This document shows positions 21,456-31,356 of a stretch of DNA of 64,000 nt, in pieces (within the stretch, counting starts at the first letter, position 1; the number at the start of each line of letters is the position of its first letter). The translations under genes were made by a program, and so were the position numbers. A model generated the notes under the pieces. The model was not told where the DNA came from and searched no databases. It was given only the letters and a program-made list of their open reading frames with translations. This DNA is from an uncultured Acidobacteriota bacterium (GTDB taxonomy: Bacteria; Acidobacteriota; UBA6911), in the NCBI GenBank assembly GCA_963827655.1, contig CAWHCF010000049.1, positions 64,001-128,000 of the forward strand. The letters are read 5' to 3'.

Positions 21456-22835
21456 ATGAACATCTCAGTGATTGGTACAGGGTACGCCGGTCTCGTCACA
21501 GGAGCCTGCTTTGCCGAGTTTGGTCTGAAGGTCACCGGGGTCGATAAGGACAGAAAGAAGATTGAAGATCTTGCCAAGGGAAAGATGCCTATCTTCGAGC
21601 CTGGTCTGGAAGAGATCGTACGTCGCAACATGGGCACCGGATTCCTGCGCTTCACGACCGAGGTTGATGAAGCGATCCAGAATTCTCTGGTTATCTTCAT
21701 TGCGGTCGGCACGCCGGCGCTGCCGACGGGTGGAGCGGACCTCTCGTACGTAGACGATGTGTCGCGAGCGATTGCGCGCAATCTAAACGGCTACAAGGTC
21801 ATCGTCACCAAGAGCACCGTACCGGTCGGAACCGGGGATCGGATCCGCGCCACGATGGAGAAGGAACTGCGAAAGCGCAATCAGGCTAAGAAACAGCGTG
21901 GCCGGGTGGTGAACGCCGCCGCCGCGGCCTCAGGCAATCTGCCGCGAAGCGGCACCCCTATGTTCGACATAGCTTCCAATCCGGAGTTTCTGAGAGAGGG
22001 AAGCGCCGTGGATGATTTTCTCCATCCGGACCGGATCGTCATAGGCGCCGACAGCGAGCAAGCGATCGCAATCGTCAGAGATCTGTATAGCCCGCTCTAT
22101 CTCGGCGGCAAGACTCGCTTCGTGATTACCGATGTTCGAACGGCGGAGTTGATCAAATACGCAACCAATGCCTTTCTTGCCACCAAGATCACCTTCATTA
22201 ACGAGATCGCCAATCTCTGTGATCGGGTCGGCTCCAATGTGGCGACCATAGCCACCGCTCTCGGAATGGACGGCCGCATCAGCCCGAAATTCCTCAACCC
22301 GGGGCCGGGATTCGGCGGCTCATGCTTTCCGAAGGACACGCGAGCGCTCTGCCGGATTGCGGACGACGCCGGATATTACTTCGGGGTCCTGGATGCCGTG
22401 GTTAAGATAAACCAGAGACAGCCTCGCTTGATGGTGGATAAGATTCGCAAAGCGGCTGGAGGCCTGCGCGGCAAGACGATCGGCTTGCTGGGCCTTAGCT
22501 TCAAACCGAACACCGACGATATCCGGGAGTCGCCGGCCATCCTGATCGCCCGGGCGCTGAAGCGCGGGGGAGCCCAGGTTCGCGCCTGCGACCCGGTCTC
22601 AGGGCTTGCGGCAAAGAAAGAGCTTCCAGGCATCAGCGTCCTCACTGATGTAGACGCGGTAGCCCGCGGCGCCGACGCGCTGGTGATTGTTACCGAATGG
22701 AACCAGTACCGTAACCTCGACCTGGCCCGGCTCAAGAAGCTGATGAAGCGGCCCCTTCTGATTGATCTGCGCAATGTCTATCTGCCGGAGCGGGTGCGCG
22801 AGGCCGGCGTCGAGTATGTAGGAATCGGCCAGTGA
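21456..22835 (+). CDS. ugd: UDP-glucose 6-dehydrogenase
   Basis: GTGYAG, KSTVPVG, NPEFLREG, GFGGSCFPKD and FKPNTDD.RES motifs. Confidence 0.93.
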   Translation: MNISVIGTGYAGLVTGACFAEFGLKVTGVDKDRKKIEDLAKGKMPIFEPGLEEIVRRNMGTGFLRFTTEVDEAIQNSLVIFIAVGTPALPTGGADLSYVDDVSRAIARNLNGYKVIVTKSTVPVGTGDRIRATMEKELRKRNQAKKQRGRVVNAAAAASGNLPRSGTPMFDIASNPEFLREGSAVDDFLHPDRIVIGADSEQAIAIVRDLYSPLYLGGKTRFVITDVRTAELIKYATNAFLATKITFINEIANLCDRVGSNVATIATALGMDGRISPKFLNPGPGFGGSCFPKDTRALCRIADDAGYYFGVLDAVVKINQRQPRLMVDKIRKAAGGLRGKTIGLLGLSFKPNTDDIRESPAILIARALKRGGAQVRACDPVSGLAAKKELPGISVLTDVDAVARGADALVIVTEWNQYRNLDLARLKKLMKRPLLIDLRNVYLPERVREAGVEYVGIGQ

Positions 22836-22842
22836 TCAATTC

Positions 22843-22950
22843 CGATTGCGGATTGCATGCGATTGCGGATTGCGGATTGCGGATTGAACTCAATTGAGAC
22901 TGCAAGGCTTTCAAGTTCGGATTTAAATCCGCAATCCGCAATCCGCAATC
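22843..22950. repeat. Inverted heptamer arrays (GATTGCG)n / (CGCAATC)n
   Basis: Directly visible between convergent genes. Confidence 0.9.
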
Positions 22951-22951
22951 G

Positions 22952-23962
22952 TTACTGGCGCTTTTGGGCGGAGGGAAGTTCGTTCGGGGCGAAATAGCCG
23001 GGGCGCGCCGCAACCACGGCGGTAGGATGGTTCACCTGCACCTGGATTCGACGGTAGCTGCCATCCTTGATCGTATTATTGGAGATGTAGGCGATCGTGT
23101 ACTGATTGCGTAGTTCCTCGCTTACTTCGGCGTAAACGTTGTCTAACTGACCAAAGTTATTGGGGTAAAGCACGCGCCCTCCGGTTTCGAAGGCGATCTT
23201 TCGCAGGGCAAGATCGGCCTGAACGAAGGCCTCGTGCGGAATGTTGTAGATCCGCTCTTTCGCCATTTCGAACATCAGCGAGTTGCGCACGGCTTCGGTC
23301 TTGCTGACGATGTAGATCATGGCTTCGGAACGAATGGCGGAATCGAGCATCTCGTTGTATGAAACCGTGCTGTTGGTGTCTAGACCGTCGCTCATCAGGA
23401 TCATGGCTTTTTTCTCGCGTATGTTCTTGAAGACGTCGTTAGACACAACCCAGATGGCGTCCCAGAGGTTCGTCCCCCCCTTGCAGTAGACGGATGTGAG
23501 CACAGGATCGAGGCGGTCCGCCTTGCTTCCCCAGTCCATCTTGAGCCGGGTTTCCTCGTTGAAAGTCACCAGCGAGAACTGGTCCTCCGGCTTCAGGTTC
23601 TCAATGAACTTCTTGGTGGCGTACTTGATCGAACCCCACTCCAGGCGCACGCTGCCGCTGATGTCCAGGACGAGCGCGATCCGCGTGGGAACGCCCTCCT
23701 GCGAAAACGCAAGGATTTCTTGCTCCTGGCCGTCTTCAAGAACGCGGAACGAGCTCTGAGGCAATGCCTTTATGAATCCCCCACCCGGATTTCGCACCGT
23801 GACCGGAACGGTGACCAGGTTCACCTCCACGCCGATCTTGAAGCCCTCCTGTCCCTTTTTCTCCGCCGGCACTTGTTTCTCCGGCGGCACTTGAGGCTTT
23901 TCCTGAGACCACAACCCCGATAGGGTGAGACCCGTAAGAATCAATAGAATTGAGGCTCGCAT
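22952..23962 (-). CDS. Secreted VWA-domain protein (Acidobacterial VWFA-related type)
   Basis: Signal peptide; VNLVTVPVTV, MIDAS DISGS, SDGLD, ETGG and ELRNQY motifs. Confidence 0.88.
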   Translation of the reverse strand: MRASILLILTGLTLSGLWSQEKPQVPPEKQVPAEKKGQEGFKIGVEVNLVTVPVTVRNPGGGFIKALPQSSFRVLEDGQEQEILAFSQEGVPTRIALVLDISGSVRLEWGSIKYATKKFIENLKPEDQFSLVTFNEETRLKMDWGSKADRLDPVLTSVYCKGGTNLWDAIWVVSNDVFKNIREKKAMILMSDGLDTNSTVSYNEMLDSAIRSEAMIYIVSKTEAVRNSLMFEMAKERIYNIPHEAFVQADLALRKIAFETGGRVLYPNNFGQLDNVYAEVSEELRNQYTIAYISNNTIKDGSYRRIQVQVNHPTAVVAARPGYFAPNELPSAQKRQ

Positions 23963-23966
23963 AGGT

Positions 23967-25397
23967 TTAGCACCCTGGCTGGTCGCGCTTCCCGAGGGCA
24001 TCCGGGAGTCTTTGGTAGATGCCACCAAAGCCTCCGTTGGACATTATGACAATGCAGTCACCGCTGCGCGCTTCGCGGCAAACGGTTTCTATTATACCCT
24101 CGACGTTTTCCAGATGCCAGGCAAGCCGGCCGAGCCGGCGCAGGTCGTCGATGACCTGCTGCGGATCCAGGCGCTCCGCAGCCGCTATTTTCTCCGCTTT
24201 GAAAAGTCCCGGGATCGCGACGCAATCGGCCAGGCTGAGAGCTTCGGTAATCTCCCGCTGAAAGAGCTTGCGCCGGCTGGTTGCCGAGCGGGGTTCGTAG
24301 ATTGCCCACAAACGCTCCGGATTGAAGCTGTGTCGCATCGCCTCCAACGTTTCCCGGACTGCAGTAGGATGGTGAGCGAAATCTTCGTAGATCCGAATGT
24401 TCCCCACCTCGGCCCGAAATTCCAGCCGGCGACGAACTCCTTGAAACGATTCTAACGCCTCACGGATTTCGTCTTCCGCCAGCCCCAGCTGATAGAGGAT
24501 AGCCGTTGCCGCCAGGGCATTCCGGATGTTGAAGGCTCCGATCATTCCCAGATTCATCCGGCGCAAAAGTTTTTTCTGGTACATCACGTCGAAACTGAGA
24601 CGGCTATTCTCGAGTTGCCAGTTCCGGGCGCTCCAGTCACTCTCAGGATTCAAGCCGAAGGTCTCTTTTATGCAATAGGCGTTGCCGCAGACTTCGAGCG
24701 CGAGCGGACTGTCGGCGCCCACGGCCAGATACCCGCGTTCCGGGATCAGGTTTACCAGGCGGGAAAACTGGAGGCGGATCGAATCCAGGTCCGGGTAGAT
24801 ATCGGCGTGATCAAACTCCACGTTGGCCACCACGGCCAGATCGGGAAGATAGTGAAGAAACTTCGGCGCTTTGTCGAAGAAGGCAGAATCGTATTCGTCG
24901 CCTTCGATTACAAACGGTTTTCCACCCTCGAGGCCGTAACTCGACTGAAAATTCTGAGCGATTCCACCAATGAGGAAATTGGGTCGGCGTCCGGCTGAAT
25001 GAAGAGCCCAGGCGATCATCGAGGTCGTGGTAGTTTTGCCATGAGTACCTGCGACCACGACGGAAGTCTTGTCGCGGAGAAAGAACTCCCGGATGGCTTC
25101 GGGAAGGGAAGCATACGGGATCTTGAAATTGAGAACGTACTCGATCTCCGGATTCCTCCGGGAAAGAGCGTTTCCGACGATCACCAGGTCCGGTTCCGGT
25201 TTCAGGTGAGCGAGATCGAAGCCCCGGGCCACGGGAATCTGTTTTTGCGCGAGAAAGTCGCTCATGGGAGGATAAATCCCTTCGTCGGATCCCGAGACCT
25301 GGTGCCCCCGTTCCTTCAGCATCGCCGCCAGGGTGGCCATGCCGGTTCCGCAAATCCCGATGAAATGAATGTGCTTGATCGTATCCTTTAACAACAT
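23967..25397 (-). CDS. mpl: UDP-MurNAc:L-Ala-gamma-D-Glu-meso-DAP ligase
   Basis: GICGTGM, YPPMS, AGTHGKTTT, EGDEYDSAFFDK, DFAHHPTA and MSNGGFGG motifs. Confidence 0.93.
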   Translation of the reverse strand: MLLKDTIKHIHFIGICGTGMATLAAMLKERGHQVSGSDEGIYPPMSDFLAQKQIPVARGFDLAHLKPEPDLVIVGNALSRRNPEIEYVLNFKIPYASLPEAIREFFLRDKTSVVVAGTHGKTTTTSMIAWALHSAGRRPNFLIGGIAQNFQSSYGLEGGKPFVIEGDEYDSAFFDKAPKFLHYLPDLAVVANVEFDHADIYPDLDSIRLQFSRLVNLIPERGYLAVGADSPLALEVCGNAYCIKETFGLNPESDWSARNWQLENSRLSFDVMYQKKLLRRMNLGMIGAFNIRNALAATAILYQLGLAEDEIREALESFQGVRRRLEFRAEVGNIRIYEDFAHHPTAVRETLEAMRHSFNPERLWAIYEPRSATSRRKLFQREITEALSLADCVAIPGLFKAEKIAAAERLDPQQVIDDLRRLGRLAWHLENVEGIIETVCREARSGDCIVIMSNGGFGGIYQRLPDALGKRDQPGC

Positions 25398-25490
25398 TGC
25401 GGCCGCCGGCCCATAGGTAACTTTGCTCTTCGCGATTGTTTGTGCACGATCCTAGATCCTAAATCCGTTTTGTTGTGATAAAAGAGAAGA

Positions 25491-25706
25491 ATGCACACTC
25501 TCCTCGAGATTTTCAACGAGCGCGGCGCGCGGGACGAGAGAAAAATCGAACAGATCTGCGAAAGCTTCGACATGGACTGCGTCGATCTCGACCATGAGGC
25601 CTGCTGGCGAGGCACGCCGGGAATCATGCCTTGCTGTGGTCTTGAAGTGGAGTTCGAGAAAGTGCGCGGCATCTGCCCGTTTCTTTGGTTAAGACAGAAA
25701 TCGTAA
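25491..25706 (+). CDS. Small Cys-rich hypothetical protein (71 aa, 6 Cys)
   Basis: Fills the intergenic gap, with host-like codon usage and an AT-rich upstream region. Confidence 0.6.
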   Translation: MHTLLEIFNERGARDERKIEQICESFDMDCVDLDHEACWRGTPGIMPCCGLEVEFEKVRGICPFLWLRQKS

Positions 25707-25788
25707 TCGTCCCGAACCTTTTGCTGCCGGGAAATATCTAAACCCATATCACGCAACCTATAGCCTCCACGTTTTTGGGGGAACATCG

Positions 25789-26661
25789 ATGAACTCATTG
25801 GCGGAGAAGATGATCGAGATCCTCACGCTGCTGGTACTGGGTTTGTCGATACCTGGTCAAGCCGACAGGAGGCACGCCGATGTGGAGAACATCGGAAGGC
25901 GGACGCTTTCGGGACTGGCGGGAAGCCTTCTTCCGGAATCAATGTCGCTGGAAAAGGAAATTGCGCTCGGCAAACAGGCTGCAGCCCAGCTCGAAAACAC
26001 CATCCGGCTGATCGAGGAGCCTCTGATCTCCGGGTATATCGACAGGCTTGGTCAAAATCTGGTGCAGCATTCTGATGCCAGGGTTCCGTTTCGGATCAAG
26101 GTCCTTGACAGCAAAGAAGTCGATGCTTGTGCCCTTCCGGGCGGCTATCTTTACGTGACCAGCGGGCTCGTCCTGGCCGCTGAAAACGAAGCGGAGCTGG
26201 CCGGCGCGATGGCCCACGGGATTTCCCACGTGGCGGCGCGGCACGCGGCGCAGGTGCTCGCTAAGGCGCGAGTGTTGCGGGTCACCGCCCTTCCCGCCCA
26301 TCTCATTCCGGGCCACTGGCCGGGGCCGACGGAACGCGATGCCACAGGTCCAGGGTCGGAAATGGAGCTAACGACCATGAAGCGTGAAGCTGAAAACGAA
26401 GCCGATCAACTCGGGATGCAGTACCTGTGGAATTCAGGCTATGACGCGGGTGCCTACATTGTCTTCCTCGAAAGGTTTCTCGAACTTGCAAAAGAACGGC
26501 CGGCTCCAGGTTTTGTTCGGGCTTTGCCGGATACCCGAGCTCGGATTGCGGCTTCGACGAATGAACTGCGCTACCTTCCCGTGAAAGACCGCTCCGTAGT
26601 CGATACCTCTGAATTTGAGCGGGTTCAGCAGAGACTGCGCGCCTTGAGCGCTCGAGACTGA
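25789..26661 (+). CDS. M48-family metalloprotease homolog with degenerate active site
   Basis: ALPGG..YVTSGL..ENEAELAGAMAHGISHV and ENEADQLG; HExxH reads HGISH. Confidence 0.85.
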   Translation: MNSLAEKMIEILTLLVLGLSIPGQADRRHADVENIGRRTLSGLAGSLLPESMSLEKEIALGKQAAAQLENTIRLIEEPLISGYIDRLGQNLVQHSDARVPFRIKVLDSKEVDACALPGGYLYVTSGLVLAAENEAELAGAMAHGISHVAARHAAQVLAKARVLRVTALPAHLIPGHWPGPTERDATGPGSEMELTTMKREAENEADQLGMQYLWNSGYDAGAYIVFLERFLELAKERPAPGFVRALPDTRARIAASTNELRYLPVKDRSVVDTSEFERVQQRLRALSARD

Positions 26662-26667
26662 AGCACG

Positions 26668-27336
26668 CTACCGCACTCCGACGGCTCGCAGGGGAGGCTT
26701 CTGCCGGAGGGCGGCTTCGAGTGTGTCGTGAATTTGCCTGGTCAGCGAGGCCGCGGCCTTTTCAAATTCGTCCTTGTTCCCGGCCCGGATCGACGGAGTG
26801 GATATCAGGCGCAGGTAGTTCACAACGACCTTGCGCGGGCGCGGGACGCGCATCTCCGCGCTCCAGACTTGCCCGCCTCCTTCGACCAGGACCGGGAGGA
26901 TGGGAGCGCCCGTTTTCAGAGCCAGCCGGGCGGCCCCTTCCTTGAAAGGCATCAGGTTGCCATCAGGCGACCGACCGCCTTCGGGGAATATCATCAGCGC
27001 TTCTTGCTTCTGCAAGATCGTCAGCGCTTTCTTGTACGCGCCAAACTCGGGAGCCTCCAGGTTAACCGGAAAAGCGCCGAGCCAGCGGAATATGGCGCCC
27101 GCGATCGGAAATCCGAAAATCTTATCCCAGGCCATGAAGCGAACCGCACGATAAATCCGGACGCTGACCCAGAAGGGATCGAAGTAAGTGACGTGGTTAG
27201 GCGTGATGATGAGTGGTCCGCGCTCCGGGATGTTTTCCATTCCATGGTGCTCAATGCGAAAAAGAATACGCATGGCGAGGAATAGCGAGCCGCGGAGAAG
27301 ATGAACTGAGAAACGATCCTGGCCCTGATCAAACAT
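26668..27336 (-). CDS. 1-acyl-sn-glycerol-3-phosphate acyltransferase (PlsC family)
   Basis: NHVTYFD and FPEGGRS motifs. Confidence 0.9.
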   Translation of the reverse strand: MFDQGQDRFSVHLLRGSLFLAMRILFRIEHHGMENIPERGPLIITPNHVTYFDPFWVSVRIYRAVRFMAWDKIFGFPIAGAIFRWLGAFPVNLEAPEFGAYKKALTILQKQEALMIFPEGGRSPDGNLMPFKEGAARLALKTGAPILPVLVEGGGQVWSAEMRVPRPRKVVVNYLRLISTPSIRAGNKDEFEKAAASLTRQIHDTLEAALRQKPPLRAVGVR

Positions 27337-27338
27337 TT

Positions 27339-27460
27339 CGATTTACGATTGACGATTTACGATTGACGATTTTTGGAAACAGCGACGCGAAAACCTATCT
27401 CAACCTGGCGCTCCCGTCGAGATTGATAAATCGTCAATCGTCAATCGTAAATCGTCAATT
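27339..27460. repeat. Inverted heptamer arrays (GATTKAC)n / (GTMAATC)n
   Basis: The right arm encodes the MFS C-terminus LTIYD and its stop. Confidence 0.88.
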
Positions 27461-28685
27461 CCGCCGTGGGTCCACCTGCCTTCACCCGGCTTAGCAACAC
27501 GCCGCCGATGACAAAAAAAACCATCACCGACAGAATGGCGACGCGCTGGTTTCCTCCGGTGGCCTCGGAGACGTGGCCGAATAGCAGAGGTCCCATGACA
27601 GCCGCCGATTTACCGCAAAGCGAATAGAAGCCGAAGAAATCTCCCTCCCTGCCTTTCGGAATCAAGCTTGACATGAACGCGCGAGAAGCCGCCTGGATGG
27701 CGCCCAGGCCGCTTCCGGCCAGTATGGCGATGAGAAAGAAGGCGGTTTTGCTGTGAGCCATGTAGGCGAACGTGACCGCTATCGACCATTGCACAAGCAT
27801 CGTCATCACCACCCGCTTCGGGCCGAGGGTGTCGGTCGGTTTAGCCCACAGGAATGCGCCGGCGAGCGCCGAGGCCTGTACCAGCGTGAAAAGGCCGAGC
27901 GCTTCCGTGGCGGTGAACCGCAGCGTCTGGACGGCAAAGCCCGCGGCAAAGAAGATCACGGTGTTGACACCATCCTCGAAGAAGAGGTACGCCAACAGGA
28001 AACGTCGCGTCTCGCGCAGCTTCAAAATGTCGCGAAAAGTCTGCCAGGTCTCTCTCGCCCCGGCCATGGCCGCTTTCATCAGGACCAACTTCGGAGCCAG
28101 ATCGGAGGGAAGCCAGAGGAAAGCGGGGAGCGAGAAGATCACGTAGGCGGCCGCGATTGCGATAAATGCCCCATTCAGGAACTTCCACTGAATGAAAGGG
28201 AGGGCGAGCACCAAGGCCAGGAGTGAGCCCGCATAACCGACGGCGAACCCCCACCCGGAAAGCCGTCCCTGAAACTGCCGTGGAGCGATCTCCGGCAGGT
28301 AGGCATTGTAAAAAACCAGGGCTCCTTCGAACCCGACATAGGAGATCACCGAAACCACGAATCCCCAGACAACCATCCCTGGTTCCACGGTGGTGAACAG
28401 GCAGACGGCGCCCGCCGAGACCAGCGTATACAGGATGAGAAGGCGTTTGCGAATGCCCGCGTGGTCGGCAACGGCACCCATGAAAGGCGAGCTTATCGCT
28501 ACTGACAACATGGAGATGGAGATCACCCGTCCCCACCATAGATCCCCGAGGCCGTGCTCGTTTCCGACGATGACGCCCTGATAGTAGGTTTGCCAGATGA
28601 CTGCCGGGAGCACCACGTAGAATGAATTGGCAAAATCGTAGAGGCACCAGCTGGCGACGATTTTGCGGTTCAGGCTCCGGGCCAT
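27441..28685 (-). CDS. MFS transporter, UMF1/Atg22-like
   Basis: WCLYDFANS, FYNAYLPEI and SGWGFAVGY motifs; about 12 TM segments. Confidence 0.9.
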   Translation of the reverse strand: MARSLNRKIVASWCLYDFANSFYVVLPAVIWQTYYQGVIVGNEHGLGDLWWGRVISISMLSVAISSPFMGAVADHAGIRKRLLILYTLVSAGAVCLFTTVEPGMVVWGFVVSVISYVGFEGALVFYNAYLPEIAPRQFQGRLSGWGFAVGYAGSLLALVLALPFIQWKFLNGAFIAIAAAYVIFSLPAFLWLPSDLAPKLVLMKAAMAGARETWQTFRDILKLRETRRFLLAYLFFEDGVNTVIFFAAGFAVQTLRFTATEALGLFTLVQASALAGAFLWAKPTDTLGPKRVVMTMLVQWSIAVTFAYMAHSKTAFFLIAILAGSGLGAIQAASRAFMSSLIPKGREGDFFGFYSLCGKSAAVMGPLLFGHVSEATGGNQRVAILSVMVFFVIGGVLLSRVKAGGPTAELTIYD

Positions 28686-28719
28686 GGCCGCACAGTATAC
28701 AGCACTCGATTGCGGTCAA

Positions 28720-28845
28720 GAGACCCGCAAGCTCGGCCCGTTGGGCCGACAATGCGTAGCCCCGGCCGTAGGGCCGGGGAAATCGGGTCTCTCAAACACG
28801 AGCGCCGGAGGTGCGACACAGTCGGAGTGCCGGTCCTTGGGACCT
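28720..28845. repeat. REP/BIME-like cluster of GC-rich hairpins
   Basis: GGCCCGTTGGGCC and GTAG-CCCCGGCCGTAGGGCCGGGG inside an outer GAGACCCG/CGGGTCTC stem. Confidence 0.55.
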
Positions 28846-28926
28846 CGGACGATATATTCTTGCTCCTGACTACTGACTTCTGGCTTCCAGCGTGAACAAA
28901 ATTCTCGTAAGCTCGCACCTAACGGT

Positions 28927-29805
28927 TCAAGTCAGAACAGAGAGGATAAAGGGCGTGATGGCTTCGATGCTGGAGATCCGCTCGGACGCCTCCCCGGCGC
29001 GATGTCCCCAGGTAAGCGTAGGGACTCGGTTGAGGGTGTGGGTCTTGCGGGAGAGATCTTCGATGTTACCGTGATCGCTGGTGAGAAGGACTAGCTGCTC
29101 GGCCGGGTCGATTTCTTCCAGGACCGAGCAGATGAATCTTTCCAGATTCTCGAGCACCTCGACTGCCAGAGCCATGTCGCAGGCATGTCCCACCAGATCG
29201 GTAATGAAATATTCGTACAGCGTGAAGCTGTAGCGGGAGGCAATCCGGGCCAGGTTTGCGCCTGATTGCTCCGGAGTGCGCAGCGGCAAGTCAAAGCCGA
29301 TTTGCCGCAAGTAACGATGCGTAAAATCCTGGTACACGGCGTCTCCGCTCGCAAGATCCTCGAGGGTCCGCAGAGGCACTCCCGCTGAGAGGCAAGCTGC
29401 GGTGGTCACCGAAACTGGTCTTTGCTTGCGGTTGAAGAAGCCAGGGGTATAACTGTTGGCGAAAGTCGCGCTGCGGCCGAGATCTCGAAGCTTCACGAAA
29501 ACCGACTCGCGAGCCAGCAATTGCTTGAGCGCTGTATTTGGAAAACCGCTCAGGTGGCTGCCCAGGAACTTTGAGGCGTTAACGCCGGTGAGGATGGTTG
29601 TCTGGCCGGTGGCGCTCTGCGGCAGCCCGGCGACTCCGAGAGTAGCGTCGGTTGGGGTCACAAAACCCGAGCCATGGATCTTCGCAGGGGGATCCGTGGC
29701 AAACTGCGCAAATATTGCGGGTTTAAAGCGGGCGAGAGGGTTGACGCCCGGGTCTCGCAGGCCGATCCCCACACCATCAACGAAGATCAGGAGTACGCGC
29801 GGCAT
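28927..29805 (-). CDS. Alkaline-phosphatase-superfamily metalloenzyme (phosphoglycerate mutase/phosphopentomutase-like)
   Basis: FVDGVGIG, PQSATGQT, TDLVGH, TSDHGN and HT.NRVP motifs. Confidence 0.85.
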   Translation of the reverse strand: MPRVLLIFVDGVGIGLRDPGVNPLARFKPAIFAQFATDPPAKIHGSGFVTPTDATLGVAGLPQSATGQTTILTGVNASKFLGSHLSGFPNTALKQLLARESVFVKLRDLGRSATFANSYTPGFFNRKQRPVSVTTAACLSAGVPLRTLEDLASGDAVYQDFTHRYLRQIGFDLPLRTPEQSGANLARIASRYSFTLYEYFITDLVGHACDMALAVEVLENLERFICSVLEEIDPAEQLVLLTSDHGNIEDLSRKTHTLNRVPTLTWGHRAGEASERISSIEAITPFILSVLT

Positions 29806-29809
29806 GATT

Positions 29810-29899
29810 CGATTGCGGATTGCAGATTGCGGATTGCAGATTGAGAATGTCGTTAGCCGACTCTGAACGGAATAATCCGCAATCCGAAATCCGAAATCG
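29810..29899. repeat. Inverted heptamer arrays (GATTGCR)n / (CCGMAAT)n
   Basis: Directly visible between co-oriented genes. Confidence 0.88.
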
Positions 29900-31348
29900 T
29901 CAGTCCGGTTTCCCGGATTTCAGATGGGGGACTACTTCCACGAGTTTCTTGATGTCCACTCCCGCCAGGCTTTCGACCAGCGGTGGAAGCTGGGCCATGA
30001 TGGTGGCCACGTCCTTGGTTATCTTGCTGGCCCCGGCGCCATCGCCTCCAGTGTTGACGATGGTAATCTTGTCGGTCTTGCTCAGCGGCTCGGCGATAGC
30101 CTTGGCAATTTCCGGCAGAGCCTGCAGAATGAGCTGGGTCACGGCGGCCTGGTTGTATTCCTTCCATGAGGCGGCTTTTCTTGCCATCGCGTCTGCCTCA
30201 GCGCTCCCCTTGGCCGCGATGATTTCCGCTTCCGCCGTGCCGGTTGCCTTGACCACATCGGCCTGCGCCAGGCCTTTCGCTTTCTGAGCTTCGGCCTGGC
30301 CGTGGGCTTCGGCTTCGAACCTGTAGCGGGTGGCGTCGGCCTCGGTTTGAACTTTGTAGCGCTCCGCGTCAGCCTGACGCTTTACTGTGGCCTCCAGCTC
30401 TTTTTCGCGGCGCAGGATCTCCTTTTCCTGCACCACAATCTGCTGTTCCTTTTCCACTACCGAGACCTGCACCTCTTCACGCTTCAGAGCTTGATTGGTT
30501 TTGTAGCGCTGCAAATCGTAGGCAAGGTCCGCATGGGCCTTGGCTTCGTTTGTGAGGGCGTCGTAGGACGCCTTCTGCAGCAGGAAGTTCCTCTGGGCTT
30601 CGGCAATCTGGGTGTCGGCTTGAAACTTGGCGATTTCCCCGGCCTGACGGGCCTGGGCCGATTTGATGGAAGCGTCTCGATCGGCCTCTGCCTGGGCGAT
30701 GATCGCGTCGCGTTTGACCTCTGCCGTCCGTGGTTTTCCCAGCGCCTCGAGGTAGCCGTGATTGTCCCTGATGTCTTTCATGGTGAATGAAACAATCGTA
30801 AGTCCCATATTGGCAAGGTCTGAGACTGCAACTTCCTGGACCGAGGCGGCAAACTGGTCTCGATTCTTGTAAATATCTTCGACCGACATAGTGCCGATTA
30901 TGGCTCGAAGATGACCCTCGACCGTCTGCAGGGCGATGTCCTTGATCTGATCCGGCGTTTTCCCCAGGAACTGTTCCGACGACGTCCGAATGGAGTGCTC
31001 GTCGCCGCCGACCTTCACCTGAGCCACACCGTCCACGATGATCGGTACACCCGGTTTGGTATAAACCTCCGGGGTAGTGACATCCAGGGTCATGATTTCA
31101 AGGCTCAACAGGTCAACTTTTTCCAATAACGGCATGATGAAGGCGCCACCGCCACGACGGATCCTGAATCCCACCTCATCGACGCGGCCGTCGGGAGTCT
31201 TGATCTTGTACTTTCTGCCGGAAATAACCATGACCTGATTCGGTCCCACCTTCTTATAGCGCCGTGCGACCGCATAAATCGCGAGGATGAAGGCGAGGGC
31301 CAGGCCCACAAACACCAATACAATGGTCAAGTCGCTGAACATATGCAC
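29900..31348 (-). CDS. Flotillin (SPFH domain plus coiled coil)
   Basis: N-terminal TM, EGHLRAIIGTM, MGLTIVSF and AEA-rich flotillin repeats. Confidence 0.93.
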   Translation of the reverse strand: MHMFSDLTIVLVFVGLALAFILAIYAVARRYKKVGPNQVMVISGRKYKIKTPDGRVDEVGFRIRRGGGAFIMPLLEKVDLLSLEIMTLDVTTPEVYTKPGVPIIVDGVAQVKVGGDEHSIRTSSEQFLGKTPDQIKDIALQTVEGHLRAIIGTMSVEDIYKNRDQFAASVQEVAVSDLANMGLTIVSFTMKDIRDNHGYLEALGKPRTAEVKRDAIIAQAEADRDASIKSAQARQAGEIAKFQADTQIAEAQRNFLLQKASYDALTNEAKAHADLAYDLQRYKTNQALKREEVQVSVVEKEQQIVVQEKEILRREKELEATVKRQADAERYKVQTEADATRYRFEAEAHGQAEAQKAKGLAQADVVKATGTAEAEIIAAKGSAEADAMARKAASWKEYNQAAVTQLILQALPEIAKAIAEPLSKTDKITIVNTGGDGAGASKITKDVATIMAQLPPLVESLAGVDIKKLVEVVPHLKSGKPD

Positions 31349-31356
31349 TCCACTCT

